From positions 98,084,001-98,148,000 of the forward strand of contig OZ024741.1 in assembly GCA_964016885.1 (NCBI GenBank): a DNA stretch of 64,000 nt. Reading direction: 5' to 3'. The position numbers and the translations under genes are program-made. The stretch's first letter is position 1; each line of letters begins with the position of its first letter. Positions 14,787 through 27,645 of this stretch are shown one piece after another. The notes beneath the pieces are model-generated. The model had not been told where the DNA came from. It saw only the letters and a list, made by a program, of their open reading frames with translations, and did not search any database. The stretch is from Eledone cirrhosa. Taxonomy: Eukaryota.

Positions 14787-14788
<2 letters not shown>

Positions 14789-16268
14789 TAAATAGGGAGA
14801 AAGAGACCATTATTAAGAAGAAAAATGTCTTTTTCCTTTATTTTTTTCTCTTTTTTCTGGGTTAGAAAATGTTTAAAATAAAATATTTTACTTTGTGTGA
14901 AGTGTTAAGGAATTAGTTAATTTATTTATTAATTAACAATAACATTGATTTATTGATTTATGACACCATCCTCCAGAACATTCCTTTACTAAAAATAGAC
15001 CCAAGAATGAACAAAATCCTCCAAACACACAACATCATAAAGATCAAAAGACAACCTAAATCCATAAAAAACATCCTCACACAAGCCAAAATCCAACCAA
15101 CCCTCACAATGAACCCTACAGTAAAAAAATGCAGAAGGCCTAACTGTGGTATATGCATACATCTAATAGAAGGTTCAACATTCTACTTTAAAAAAAAAAA
15201 ACATTTCAAAGTTAAATACAACTTTACATGTGCATCTGAAAACCTAATCTATGTTTTCACTTGCTCAGGTTGTCGATAGCGCTACTTAGAATAGACAAAA
15301 AAAATCAGCCTCCGACAACGTATGACCGTCCATAGATCACAAATCAAAATACAGGAATACAGAAATATTGCTTTTAGTGAACATATCGGCAATTGTTCAC
15401 CTAACCAACAAACAAACTTTAAAATTTTCCCCATTTACAAATTCATAAATAACGCTTCTTCAATCCATCGTGCCAATAATGAAACGTATTTCATTAACAA
15501 ATTCCAACCTCTACTTAACGGACTTAAACTTCGGACTAAACTAACTGGAACGAACAATGAACCAAAGCCCCAAATTCCTACGTTCTCTAAAGAGTTACGT
15601 CCCTTACAGCCTACTTAATCCTTTTTCTTATATAAATGAATTACCCCTCTCATCTCTCTCCTACCAGACCACCCTGAATTACCTCCCCCTGCATATTAAC
15701 GCTCTAAAAAGGGAAAATATATCCAAACTCAGACTACCATTTGCCTCCATCATTGATCAACCAAGCGCTCTTGCCATAATAACACTTTTTGAACTGCTAA
15801 TCCTCAAGAACTATGCCTGTAAATAATATTATTTCATTCCCATTATCTTATCATGTTCCACATCGCCTTCTTTTTTTCTTTTTTCTTTTTATTTCAAAAA
15901 CCTTGTTTGTAAATAATATTATTCTTTCTTTCCCATTTCATTAACATGTTCAACATCACCTTATCTTCTCTCCTACATGTTATACCAATACAAATTCCCC
16001 CCTTTGATAATGCATAAAATGCTGAAACCGGTAATAGACAATTATTAAATATATAAATACATAAATAAATGCTATTGTTAATTAATAAATAAATCAACTA
16101 ATACCTTAACACTTCACACAAAGTAAAATATTTTGTTTTAAACATTTTCTAACCAAGAAAATAGAGAAAAAATTAAAGGAAAAAAAATATTTTTCTTCCT
16201 AATAATCGTCTTTTTCTCCCTATTTTCATATATATATATATATTCCAACTCGTGTGCTCCTTCTCCAC

Positions 16269-16272
<4 letters not shown>
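14787..16272 (+). mobile_element. 5'-truncated Neptune-type PLE with inverted pLTR and degenerate GIY-YIG
   Basis: 14787-14952 is inverted relative to ~16062-16228. CRRPNCGIC...FTCASENLIYVFTCSGC...LRQRMTVH with stops. Degenerate HHR TTGATAA..GAAA-ccgg-TA near 16004-16036. Confidence 0.85.
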
Positions 16273-16322
<50 letters not shown>

Positions 16323-16540
16323 ATATTAAATGGAAACTATATTTATAAAACCATATTTATTCTATTATATATATTTCTAAGGTACCAACATTTTGGTACA
16401 CTATCATCAGATAAAATACGAAGTGTGTTTTATATATTGTTACATAACCAAGGAAAATATACCTTAACGGTTCAACTTTTCCTTAGACCGTTAAGGTATA
16501 TTTTCCTTGGTTATGTCAAAATTTATAAAACACACTTCGT

Positions 16541-16599
16541 ATTTTATCTGATGATAGCGTACCAACATTTTGGTACCCTTGAAATATATATAATTGAAT
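16541..16599 (+). ncRNA. Type I hammerhead motif (mirror at 16359-16417, minus)
   Basis: attttat-CTGATGA-..gtaccaa catt ttggtac..-GAAA-tatata-TA^attgaat. Confidence 0.75.
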
Positions 16600-16616
16600 A
16601 AATATGGTTAAATAAA

Positions 16617-16805
16617 TAATTGTTTCTACTTTAGGCACAAGGCCAGCAATTACCCAGTGCATTACTGGTCCTTTATTTTATCGGCCCCGTAAGGATGAAA
16701 GGCAAAGTCAACCTCGGCGGGATTTGAACTCAGATCGTAAAGGGACGTAACTATGCTGGAAAGCATGGCGTCCGAACGTCTAACGATACTGCCAATCCAC
16801 CGCCC
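16617..16805 (-). mobile_element. Full-length Nin/Deu-domain SINE
   Basis: Reverse complement of the 12056 family, flanked by a tatggtt duplication. Confidence 0.85.
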
Positions 16806-16949
16806 TATGGTTTTATAAATATGGTTTTATAAATAATGTTTCCATTTAATATCATTGAATATTATACTCCAGAATATCTGTCGAGTGCTCTGAATCAGTT
16901 ACAAACATTTAGATTTGTTGAATTACCAACAAATTGAATATCCCTTCTG

Positions 16950-16987
<38 letters not shown>

Positions 16988-17260
16988 AACGGAAAAAATG
17001 AAACGAAATTTCATTTCCCTCTCTTAGTACGGCTGTTACTTAAATATAAGTATGTACACGTACATACATATATGTATACAGACGTACAGTAGTATGTATA
17101 TATATATATAAATACATGCACACATATATATATATATGTACGTATGATGGATTCACTGAACATTTATTATAATGCTCGGTGTGTTTGTAAACAAACATCC
17201 CGTATTAAGCCGTAGTGTCTAGCAACCATCGTTGCTCGTTTGTTCAACACTGACAAAGGA

Positions 17261-17303
17261 ACGCTGTACTAGTTTCAAGCTTATTAGCTATCGTCAGCAA
17301 TGT
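17261..17303 (-). ncRNA. Hammerhead motif, retrozyme unit 1 (diverged)
   Basis: acattg-CTGACGA-tagc taataa gctt-GAAA-ctag-TA^cagcgt on the minus strand. Confidence 0.8.
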
Positions 17304-17479
17304 ATACCTTCCTGCCAGATTGTTGAACGTATATACTTACCTTATGCATATTAACGGCTGAGTAGCCCAATTTGCATATCGAGTGGGTTAATCGGCCGGG
17401 TGCACCGAAAACGATAAACGGAAAAAATGAAACGAAATTTCATTTCCCACTCTTACTACGGCTGTTACTTAAATATAAG

Positions 17480-17710
17480 GTGGTCAACTGGATTGGTCCC
17501 ACCCGCGACAATAGTCGTTCTACATAGCCCCACAGGTCGGTAACGCCCGGGAAGTGTACAAATGCGTGTGCGACGGTTTCCTCGTCGCGCACGCATCTCT
17601 GACAGATTTTTTCGAAGGGTTCTTACTCGGGCACCCGTGTTCGTAGAGATTATCTCGAACTGGTAGAGCTCCTCGGTAGCACTGCCAGGCCAGGGACTTT
17701 TGGAAGTTGA
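17480..17710 (-). mobile_element. Internal fragment of a Tx1-like ORF2
   Basis: Encodes NFQKSLAWQCYRGALPVRD...ETVAHAF...DLWGYVERLLSRVG, homologous to ORF2 at 32278-35697. Confidence 0.85.
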
Positions 17711-17721
17711 ATATATAGATA

Positions 17722-18330
17722 TGTTTCTTTTATTTGCCACCAGGGCATCAAAAGTGGGACAAGTACAATGGGGGGAGTTTACAAAACAAGGCGTCCTCAA
17801 TAAGGAGGAGGTAATAACAATATATAAAAATAAAATAAAATATAACAAAAAATAAAATTTATAACAAAGTCCTCAATAGAGAGGAGGTGCCTTGGGGGGT
17901 CGCACACACCCCCGAAAAAAGTGTGCAACCCTTCTCCTCAGGAGCACAGAGAAGGGGTGCTCCCTTGGTCTTTCATCTTCCTCACCTATAGTCTGATGTA
18001 GAGTGAAGGCCCATTCACACGGGCCATTCTCGCCACTTTCACCCATCTTTCATAGAAACGCCTTCTTCCGAAATGATATCGGAAGAAACGGACCAGTTGT
18101 TGGCCAGAGAGAAAGGTGTCTGACCTCAGTCCTTTCAGACGCGTCCACCATACAACCTCATTCGCCATGGCTATTACGCACAGAAACACCGCCTCTCCTT
18201 CGTTTTTGAAGAGGGGAGGCGGCTTGATCGTTACAATAGACTCGGTGGTCAACCGGATTGATCCCACCCTTGACAGCAGTTGTTCGACATAACCCCACAG
18301 ATCGGCAATGCCCGAGCAGTGTACCAATGC
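17722..18330 (-). mobile_element. 5'-truncated Tx1-like LINE (different subfamily) with 16-bp TSD
   Basis: ORF2 C-terminus ALVHCSGIADLWGYVEQLL...VNGPSLYIRL*, then a 3' UTR. TSD gttgaatatatagata at 17706-17721 and 18331-18346. Confidence 0.85.
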
Positions 18331-18441
18331 GTTGAATATATAGATAGATAGATAATTAGATAGATACATATCTATATATGTATATGTAAGTATGTATGTA
18401 TACGTACATACATATATGTATACAGACGTACAGTAGCATGC

Positions 18442-18484
<43 letters not shown>

Positions 18485-18638
18485 CATACAGGTACACATA
18501 CATATATGCATGCATCAGTTTAGCGGACGCTTATTATAACGCCGCTTTGTTCGTTTGTAAACAAACTGAACAGCCTGAATTTATGCCATACGGTGTTAAG
18601 GCAACCACGTCATCTTTTTGTTCAACACTGACACAGGA

Positions 18639-18681
18639 ACGATGTACTAGTTTCAAGCTTTTTAGCTATCTTCAGCACCGT
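18639..18681 (-). ncRNA. Hammerhead motif, retrozyme unit 2
   Basis: acggtg-CTGAAGA-tagc taaaaa gctt-GAAA-ctag-TA^catcgt on the minus strand. Confidence 0.85.
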
Positions 18682-18917
18682 ATACCCATCTGCCAGATAG
18701 TTGAACGTTCGAAAGTATATACTTTCCTTATGAAAATTAACGGCTGAGCAGCCTAATTTGCATATTGAGTGAGTTAAATAGGTCAGGCATACCGAAAACG
18801 ATAAGTTGAAATAAAATGAAAACGAAATTTCATTTCTCACTCTTAGTATGGCACTTACTTAAATGTAACTATGTATGTATACGTACATACATATATGTAT
18901 ACAGACGTACAGTAGCA

Positions 18918-19035
<118 letters not shown>

Positions 19036-19200
19036 TATATATATACATACAGGTACACATACATATATGCACGCATCAGTTTAGCGGACGCTTATTATAA
19101 CGATTTAACTTACTCAATATGCAAATTAGGCTGCTCAGCCGTTAATTTTCATAAGGAAAGTATATACTTTCGAACGTTCAACTATCTGGCAGATGGGTAT

Positions 19201-19243
19201 ACGGTGCTGAAGATAGCTAACAAGCTTGAAACTAGTACATCGT
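19201..19243 (+). ncRNA. Hammerhead motif, retrozyme unit 3
   Basis: acggtg-CTGAAGA-tagc taacaa gctt-GAAA-ctag-TA^catcgt. Stem I has 6 bp including one G:U. Confidence 0.85.
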
Positions 19244-19649
19244 TCCTGTGTCAGTGTTGAACAAAAAGGTGACGTGGTTGCCTTAACACCGTATGGCATA
19301 AATTCAGGCTGTTCAGTTTGTTTACAAGCGAACAAAGCGGCGTTATAATAAGCGTCCGCTAAACTGATGCGTGCATATATGTATGTGTACCTGTATGTAT
19401 ATATATATATGCATGCTACTGTACGTCTGTATACATATATGTATGTACGTATACATACATAGTTACATTTAAGTAAGTGCCATACTAAGAGTGAGAAATG
19501 AAATTTCGTTTTCATTTTATTTCAACTTATCGTTTTCGGTATGCCTGACCGATTTAACTCACTCAATATGCAAATTAGGCTGCTCAGCCGTTAATTTTCA
19601 TAAGGAAAGTACATACTTTCGAACGTTCAACTATCTGGCAGATGGGTAT

Positions 19650-19692
19650 ACGGTGCTGAAGATAGCTAACAAGCTTGAAACTAGTACATCGT
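19650..19692 (+). ncRNA. Hammerhead motif, retrozyme unit 4
   Basis: Identical to unit 3. Confidence 0.85.
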
Positions 19693-19833
19693 TCCTGTGT
19701 CAGTGTTGAACAAAAAGATGACGTGGTTGCCTTAACACCGTGTGGCATAAATTCAGTTTGTTTACAAACGAACAAAGCGGCGTTTTAATAAGCGTCCGCT
19801 AAACTGATGCGTGCATATATGTATGTGTACCTG

Positions 19834-19953
<120 letters not shown>

Positions 19954-20293
19954 TGCTACTGTACGTCTGTATACATATATGTATGTACGTATACATACAT
20001 ACTTACATTTAAGTAAGTGCCATACTAAGAGTGAGAAATGAAATTTCGTTTTCATTTTATTTCAACTTATATATGTAGATATATATATATATATATATGG
20101 GGGGACATGTGTGTGTGTGCGCGCGTGCCTGTGCGTGTAAGTAGAGAACGTACATTAAGGAACATCTGAAATGGAAAATGTGTTAATTTACTATCATCTA
20201 GTTATGTATACATTAATATGAAAAAAAAAACCGTAGCAGCCTATTAGATATTTTGCAAATTAGTATAACAACTGGCAGAAATCCCGCTCGCAC

Positions 20294-20466
20294 CCTCATA
20301 TTTCTCTTGTCTGTTGTCTCTCCTCTAGGGTGTAATTTCCCAATTTTGAATTCTTGAGATTCAGACCATTGATTTCCAATGATCGGGTCGTCTGTCACTA
20401 TCCCAATATTATCAATAACCCGACAATGCGGGAAGATCACAAGTGAGTCAAATATTTTCCGATAAT
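20294..20466 (-). CDS. Candidate internal exon of an unidentified host gene
   Basis: catag|AT...AGG|gtgcga, open frame YRKIFDSLVIFPHCRVIDNIG...KRNMR, phase-compatible with 23014-23136. Confidence 0.25.
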
Positions 20467-20512
20467 CTATGTATGTGCTTGTACAATTATAGGGAGAAAA
20501 TGCATTTTTAGT

Positions 20513-20605
<93 letters not shown>

Positions 20606-20967
20606 CTGTAAATTATAAGTATCTGTAAATTAGCTACATGTCTATATATGTGTATGTATTTATGTGTAAACATTTTCTTTTACATCATTAAGAAGAATTT
20701 GCGTCAATGAACTTTCATCAAATAGCTAATAAAATAGAATGTTTGCTAATAGTTTAACAAATCCTGTTATATATATTTTCTCCTGGTATCGCGTGTGTTT
20801 ACACATAAATATATGAAATTATTCCTTCGTTTCTCACACAAGCCCCTATATCTTTGTTTTACAATTCAGTCTATGGTTATTTTGTTATACTATTCTGTGT
20901 GTGGGTGACTAGGAAGAATTGTTGATGGTTCACACATCATTCTCTTCAAAGTGAAGCCTAAGAATGG

Positions 20968-21000
<33 letters not shown>

Positions 21001-21004
<4 letters not shown>

Positions 21005-21614
21005 CAAGAAAGAAGGTTGACATGGTTTGCTATGTTCCACAACCCTCTGCAAAAAAATATGGGAACTGAAGGACAGCAGCACTAACTACAGTATCAACTG
21101 GTCGAAGTTGTCGGCTGCTAAAACCTATAGTACAGGAATGTCCCACTGCGGGCTATGTGATCTTGAGCTATTGTATATCCTCAAAAATGTAAAAAGGCTA
21201 CTTAACAATAAGTTAGAAAGATCTATCTTCTGCAGACATAGAATTGCCACTAAATTCATAAGATTCAAACCTCCGTGAATCGAACCAACACAACATAGCT
21301 TTAAATTAGGATACCTACTACCCACAGAAATATATTCATTAAGTATATTATATCCTTCACAAGTCTATACCACACAGATGTCTGTAAGTACCTCATCAAC
21401 CCACAAACTTATTCCTTCTCAGCTGCTGCCATCATTTGATCCTAAATCCTAGTTTTTCTCAAATCACTACTACAATGTAACTTTACCTTCCTTTTGCCAT
21501 AATTACAATTAGCACGCTTATCTCTTTGCATGTATGTATATTTTTGTACGAGTGAATATTGATGTGTATGTATGTGTCTATATACACATGCATGTGTATA
21601 TATATATATATATA

Positions 21615-21689
<75 letters not shown>

Positions 21690-22401
21690 ATATGCGTATA
21701 ATACTTCGTTAACCTCTGTATTAACTCAACAACTATTTAGCTTTGACAGTGTTGTACCACTCATGTATGCTATTGAAGATGAAAAGAAAGACTGTAAACA
21801 CTGGCTTATCTTTATAGTTTAACATTTAAAATTGATACACACTTCGATACTCTGTACATGCCAAACTCTTACTTTTGCCTCATGACAGCTAGTTTTACAC
21901 GCCGTAATGTTAGATACATTATACCCCCCACCTAAGTAATGTCAGGGTCAAATAATTTATTAATAGCATTGTTGTAATTGTTGTTATTGTTCTAATTGAA
22001 TGCCATTACTACTTCATATAGTAGCCTGTATTTTCTTTTCTTGCCTGTGTATTCTCTTCATTCTCGCATGCTCCGAAGATCTGACTGGTTATAATTTTGT
22101 ATTGGCGATCGATTAACGTGAAAATAAGCGAATAGCGATCTCTAGACCTACCAGTTCAGAGAAACAATTGTCAGCTATGAGATTAAAAACCTTTTTTGTA
22201 TAGCAAACCATGTCAACCTTCTTTCCTGATTTATTATTACTCCAAGTGTTTACAACATAGGAATTACGGCATACCCGCAGCATCACTATGAAAACGCCTT
22301 GTTGAGTCAAACCAAGCCAAGCGTTAATATCATCCACTACCTGGAATACCATAACTGGACTATACCTAAGTGGACTGCATTTAACTATTATTTGTTACCC
22401 C

Positions 22402-22402
<1 letters not shown>
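21001..22402 (+). mobile_element. 5'-truncated PLE: short inverted arm, GIY-YIG C-terminus, HHR-bearing pLTR, ~165-nt tail
   Basis: 21001-21033 is the mirror of ~22200-22233. STTLCKKIWELKD...YSINW...CGLCDLE...CRHR. (TA)n flanks. Confidence 0.85.
22070..22175 (+). ncRNA. Hammerhead motif with U4C core and extended stem II
   Basis: gct-CCGAAGA-tctgactggt...(~60 nt)...accagttcaga-GAAA-caattg-TC^agc. Confidence 0.7.
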
Positions 22403-22438
<36 letters not shown>

Positions 22439-22441
<3 letters not shown>

Positions 22442-22680
22442 ATAATAATAAAATTGAAGACTAAAATCCAAAGAGGGCTCGATAAGGAAAATATATATCA
22501 AATATATAAAAACCGTAGAGCAAATATTTATTAAAATAACAGATTAAAGTTTAAGCAAAGAATCGCTGTTTTCACCCTTAACGGGATCTTCTGAAAGTTT
22601 CAGAAAGTTTCAGAAGATCCTGTTAAGGGTGAAAGCAGCGATTCTTTGCTTAAACTTTAATCTGTTATTTTAATAAATAT
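22439..22680 (-). mobile_element. Mini fold-back PLE derivative in (TA)n
   Basis: Arms 22523-22596 and 22608-22680 plus an unpaired tail. HHR-like CAGAAGA-tccYgttaaggg-t-GAAA starts at the fold centre. Confidence 0.7.
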
Positions 22681-23013
22681 ATATATATATATATAGTTGT
22701 TATTTAGTAAGTTGTATTATTGGTTCTGTAAAACGGTCCATTAAATTTATGTTATCAATATTAAGTTCTCCACGCTTTTGTATATCTCCAATGCCATTCA
22801 AGGAAACAGCTAGATGATGTAAAACAGAGTATAAGTATCAAAATGAATATCTGAAGGCAAGATAAAATTCCAATCATTTTAATCACGACACATGTTTCAA
22901 TAAGAGATAGATCGATTGTAAAGCCATGATCAATTATCACTGATCTCATCAGGTGAAAATGAATTGTCTTCAAATTCTTAATATGAGGGAGAAAATTACC
23001 AATGATCACTCAC

Positions 23014-23136
23014 AGAGTTTATTCTCCCATATGAAGATCCAGTAGTCAGAAATACGGCGACTGCTATCAGCTTCAGTTAGGGTCATAAAACTGTCAAATC
23101 TCCATAACTGCAAAGGACGCTGGGCATTAATCAGAT
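23014..23136 (-). CDS. Candidate 123-nt phase 1-1 exon of an unidentified host gene
   Basis: Acceptor ctgtatttctacag|AT, donor CTCT|gtgagt, open frame LINAQRPLQLWRFDSFMTLTEADSSRRISDYWIFIWENKL. Confidence 0.4.
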
Positions 23137-23154
23137 CTGTAGAAATACAGTCGC

Positions 23155-23352
23155 TCACAGTTAATGTGAGTGGGTACACACACACTCAACACCATACACA
23201 CCGGCTCGAGGTCATAGAAAAAAAAAATATATATATATATATATACATATCAACACAGCATCAAACCTGTAGACCTATACAAGGTCACAATTAGTGTGAG
23301 TGGGTACACACACACTTGCTCACACACACCGAAGCGATGTCATAGAAAAAAA
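23155..23352 (+). repeat. Imperfect direct duplication (~70-nt core, ~130-nt period)
   Basis: gtgagtgggtacacacacac...gtcatagaaaaaaa occurs twice. Confidence 0.7.
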
Positions 23353-23493
23353 CAACAAATATAAGAATAAGAATATAGCAACACAGCATTCACCGAAAGT
23401 TCGTTTACAAAACAACAAATGCTACATTGGTTAAATCTCCATTTGACGATGTAAATTGGAAATATTGGGTTAACCACAGCCACACACACACAG

Positions 23494-23548
<55 letters not shown>

Positions 23549-24119
23549 AGAACGTAAGTTCAGTTCAGTGTTCTGTTATACATGTATAGATTGAATTGTA
23601 ACATCCGTATCTTCAAGTGTATGTTATGGTATATACACATCCGTATCGAACTCAGTATGTACCGCTGTCCCATTGAGAGTATGAGTCCCCAAAACCGTGC
23701 GTACAAGCAACCGCAATGTAGGCCAGCAAGGGGCTCCGTGTAGGGTTGGGTATTTGGGTTAATGTGTCAGTAAGTTCGATTTCCGGTCAAATGGGCCTTT
23801 CGGCTTTTAAGAAAGGTGTTTGAGTGATGGGGGTGTGTTATCAAACACAAAAGGTAAAGTAAATAACAAAGTATAGGAAAACTCAGAGGATGTGTGTAGG
23901 CCCATTAATGGTCTGTAAGTATTATTGTTCAATCCGTAACTGTGAGCACTCTATTGTTAGATGATCACGGATCAAAACCTAGTGTAGTGTTCAATCGGTA
24001 GGAAGGTGACCAGTCGCAACTGTGGGAACTCAATGTCTAAAGAAAACGGGTACTGTGTGCAGATTTATGTATAGAGAGCGTAATCCGTCCTAACTGAGTG
24101 TGCACTACGTATATATGTG

Positions 24120-24196
<77 letters not shown>

Positions 24197-24200
<4 letters not shown>

Positions 24201-25615
24201 TAAGTTACGACTTGAAATAACCATAGATACTAACCTAAACATTGCCAACTTCTTTGATGTAAATTTGAATTTAGCTACAGTTACCCATAAATCATACCAT
24301 GAGCCTAAACGAAAAAATAGGATGTATTAATATATTACTGCCCCTCTCCGTAATTTTCAAATTTTTTGCCTCTGATATAAACCGTAGGATCTCTAAATTC
24401 TCCTCCACCAAGCAAATGTTTAATAGGGAGGCCACACGATCAAACAAAGCACTTACAGATAGAGGCGTCTGCGACAAAATTAAATATATATCTAATACCA
24501 CCAATCAAAATATACGTAAAATTATGAAAAGAAATATTTAGTTTCCTCCTACTTAGAAGGATAACAGGCAAAATGTCTTGAGAGGGGTTTGCCCCGGTAC
24601 ATAACTAGAGGAAAGGTTTCAACAGGCAGTGAGTGAAAATCATTTTTTATAAAATAAAAAAAGGACATAATGTACACCAGGAATGTTCATGCAAAAAGAA
24701 ATAAGAATACTTTCTGGATAATAATTAATGTCAGATCGATCGTATACGAAACTACAATCACATCAGCTACAGCCAACTATAAAGCGATCAGAGAATCATA
24801 TGTGCTTGTGAAACACAACTGGTTTAAACAACGGTACTACTTTCATATGGCATCTTTCAAGTATAAAGAAATGAAGACTGCCAAATCTAGTATGGGAACT
24901 AAAGGATAAATGAATGCTATGTATGATTAGATTGAAGATCCTCGATGGTCATGCCCTTATATTAAAGGAACAAAGAAGATGTTCATTTATGTCTAAAGGA
25001 AAAATTAAGAAAACTACAGGGTCTGAAGGACGCTGATAAATACCTGGAATACAAAATATTATTTAGAAGATATTCTTATATGTGTACGAACATATACATA
25101 TCAGATAACATGTCCTCTCAGCATAGAAGCATACAGGCCCAGACACACAAGACAACGGTATCATACACCCGGCTTAGTCCACTAAGTTGGTTTCAGCCCT
25201 ATATACACATCACATTACACCCAAACACAGTTAACTACAATAAGCTATATATATAATATACACAAACCTACACATACACACACATACAATCACACAAATA
25301 CACAGCTTATACAACAAATTCACATATACACACCACACAGACGCTTTATCAATACTAATTATTGTTACATAAAAAAAATATAAGCTTACAGTGTTAGTAC
25401 TACTGAATAAGAAAATATAGCATCTTGGTTGTTAAATTATAATTAATTCTTTCCCCCTTAACGAGATTTCCTGTTTCAAATAACGTCGGCCATCGTGGTA
25501 TTGCCTGAAAGACAACCAGCTCTAGCAGATATAGCATCTCTATAACCTATGCTAGAGTAAGGTTTGAAATATTAGGTAACATGCATCGGTGATGAGAATG
25601 ATTTGTGATATATAT
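24197..25615 (+). mobile_element. Highly degenerate PLE (RT thumb, GIY-YIG, 3' region)
   Basis: LEITIDTNLNIANFFDVNLNL, DINRRISKFSS, IVYETTIT...WFKQRYYFHMASFKY. Degenerate HHR with long stem II at 25501-25579. Confidence 0.7.
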
Positions 25616-26303
25616 ATAAATGGGGACTTGGCGTACGAATACGGGGAGCGCGATAAAATCTTCAATATGCCTGGTCCTGCTTCGCAATTTCAAGACTAAA
25701 ATTCCTTTCAGGACCTTTTAACATCATGAACAGTAAGCAAGGGAGTGAACTTGTATATCCTAGGTTTATCCAATTCCTCTTTTTTCACCTTCGTTTAATT
25801 TGTTTTAACCTCTTATGTTACTGAATTGCCTGTCCCTTCTTCCACATTGTCTCTGTGGTTCTATGTGTGTCGTATACATACACATACACACACACACACA
25901 CACGCACGCACACGCGCGCACACACACACACACACACATACACACACACTCATTTATATATATATATATATCTATATATATATATGAATGAAAAATGGCG
26001 TGCTGTGTTGGTGCAAATGTGATTATATATATCTATATATATATGTATGTATGTATATATTATATATATCTCCGTAGAAAGGAAATGTTTATGAGAGTGG
26101 GGAAAGAAAAATACAATAAAAAATATGATCAATATACTAACAATGAAAATCAAGTAAAATTGGATATCGCCATAAGAACAAGCATTATCCAATTTTAGCA
26201 GAAGTTTAATAGGAAACAGCTGGTGATCCTGTAGAGTTAGAGCTATCAGCGTTGGTGGAGATACGATGGGTGTAACGGCTTGTATTTTGATTGTTATGCG
26301 TGT

Positions 26304-26404
<101 letters not shown>

Positions 26405-26454
26405 ATATGTATGTATATATATATATATATAGATATACATATCTATATATTTAT

Positions 26455-26670
26455 ATATATGATTTTGTCATTTATTTTGTCTGACCTGTTTAGCTTGGCT
26501 TTGGTGGTTACTGCCTTCTTGACCGCCTTCTCAGTTTGTATGGCGTTTATAACATATGTTTATAGCTCTGGTTTTTTAAACTATGGAGTGCTTGCTCGCA
26601 TGACTCTGAATTTGCGTTATGTTTCGCTTTTTCTTCCCGCTGAAATGCGACTGTCGCTGAATTTATATTT
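26455..26670 (+). repeat. Dispersed repeat; inverted homolog at 62345-62555
   Basis: tttattttgtctgacctgtttagcttg...cgctgaatt matches the reverse complement of 62345-62555. Both copies are adjacent to TA-rich tracts. Confidence 0.75.
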
Positions 26671-26992
26671 ACACATATATATATGTATATATCTAGCGAG
26701 TGTAACTTGGAGTTACTCTAGGTTCACCCGGGTGAGCACTCGATGTTTAGGTTCATTTCTGTGTCAAGGTGTAGAACTATACAGAGTGTTTTATATTGAA
26801 AAGATAACAAGGACGATTGGTTACTCCTTCATTACATTTATTGGTAGGTGACGCGCGTTTCGCTACTGATCAGCTCAAGGTTCGATCTGTATCGATCTTA
26901 CCCGACTCATTAATCCGCAGCTCGATGGACCCCTTAAAATGCTAGTAGAAAAAATATATATATATATATATGTATGTATGTATATATGTATG

Positions 26993-27026
<34 letters not shown>

Positions 27027-27027
27027 T

Positions 27028-27374
27028 AGTTTTGCGAGGTTTTTTGATTTGAAATCGTGTGTCGAAACAAATATTGTTATACTTGGGGAGGGTCATATTT
27101 GTGTAATAATATTGCCAGAATTAATAACAGAACACACTCACTGTTTGGTTGGTTTTCGTTTCTGTATCTTTTATATCAGTTAATTTCATTTATTCGGTCC
27201 TCAATGTTACCATTGACTGACCAAGGGTAAAAAATACAGATATAATATAGACACAAACACATATATATAGTCTAACAATATAAAAGATACAGAGCGAAAA
27301 CCAACCAAACAGTGAGTGTGTTCTGTTATTAATTCTGGCAATATTATTACACAAATATGACCCTCCCCAAGTAT

Positions 27375-27382
<8 letters not shown>
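27028..27382 (-). mobile_element. Fold-back element in (TA)n
   Basis: Arms 27071-27176 and 27278-27382, ~100-nt spacer and ~43-nt unpaired tail. No intact HHR core found. Confidence 0.7.
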
Positions 27383-27410
<28 letters not shown>

Positions 27411-27415
<5 letters not shown>

Positions 27416-27645
27416 AAGTTTTATTTAAATTGTTGGGTTACAACGAGTAAATATTTATAACTGATATAAAAGCACTCAACAAGTATTTGGAGTATATTTA
27501 CGATATTAAATAAATGGAAACTATATTTATAAAACCATTTTGTCTGAAGAAGGCATACCATATTTTTAATATGATATCCCTGAAATATATATAATGAAAT
27601 AAATATGGTTTTATAAATATAGTTTCCATTTATTTAATATCGTAT
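27411..27645. mobile_element. Mini fold-back of the same family as 16318-16952, with HHR at 27537-27600 (+)
   Basis: attttgt-CTGAAGA-agg...cct-GAAA-tatata-TA^atgaaat. 27500-27538 mirrors 27606-27643, and the tail is homologous to 16858-16950. Confidence 0.75.

Larger units (their letters stand above)
16318..16952 (+). mobile_element. Non-coding fold-back PLE derivative (two inverted HHR-bearing arms + tail), interrupted by a SINE
   Basis: 16318-16472 is the mirror of 16487-16609 plus 16806-16857, then a tail starting attatactcc. (TA)n on both sides. Confidence 0.8.

Noticed and set aside
17333-17380. U1-like ATACTTACCT and octamer ATTTGCAT in the repeat unit, suggesting an snRNA array
   Set aside because: The U1 match stops after 10 nt and is lost in other units (ATACTTTCCT); the HHR explains the repeat better.
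20329-20442. Plus-strand exon with strong acceptor and GTGAGT donor
   Set aside because: Stops in all three frames (the best frame has one TAA). Cannot be supported as coding, although a non-coding exon is not excluded.
21878-21915. HHR-like CTCATGA...GTAA (also near 56813)
   Set aside because: Both core boxes deviate, and a better HHR exists at 22070.
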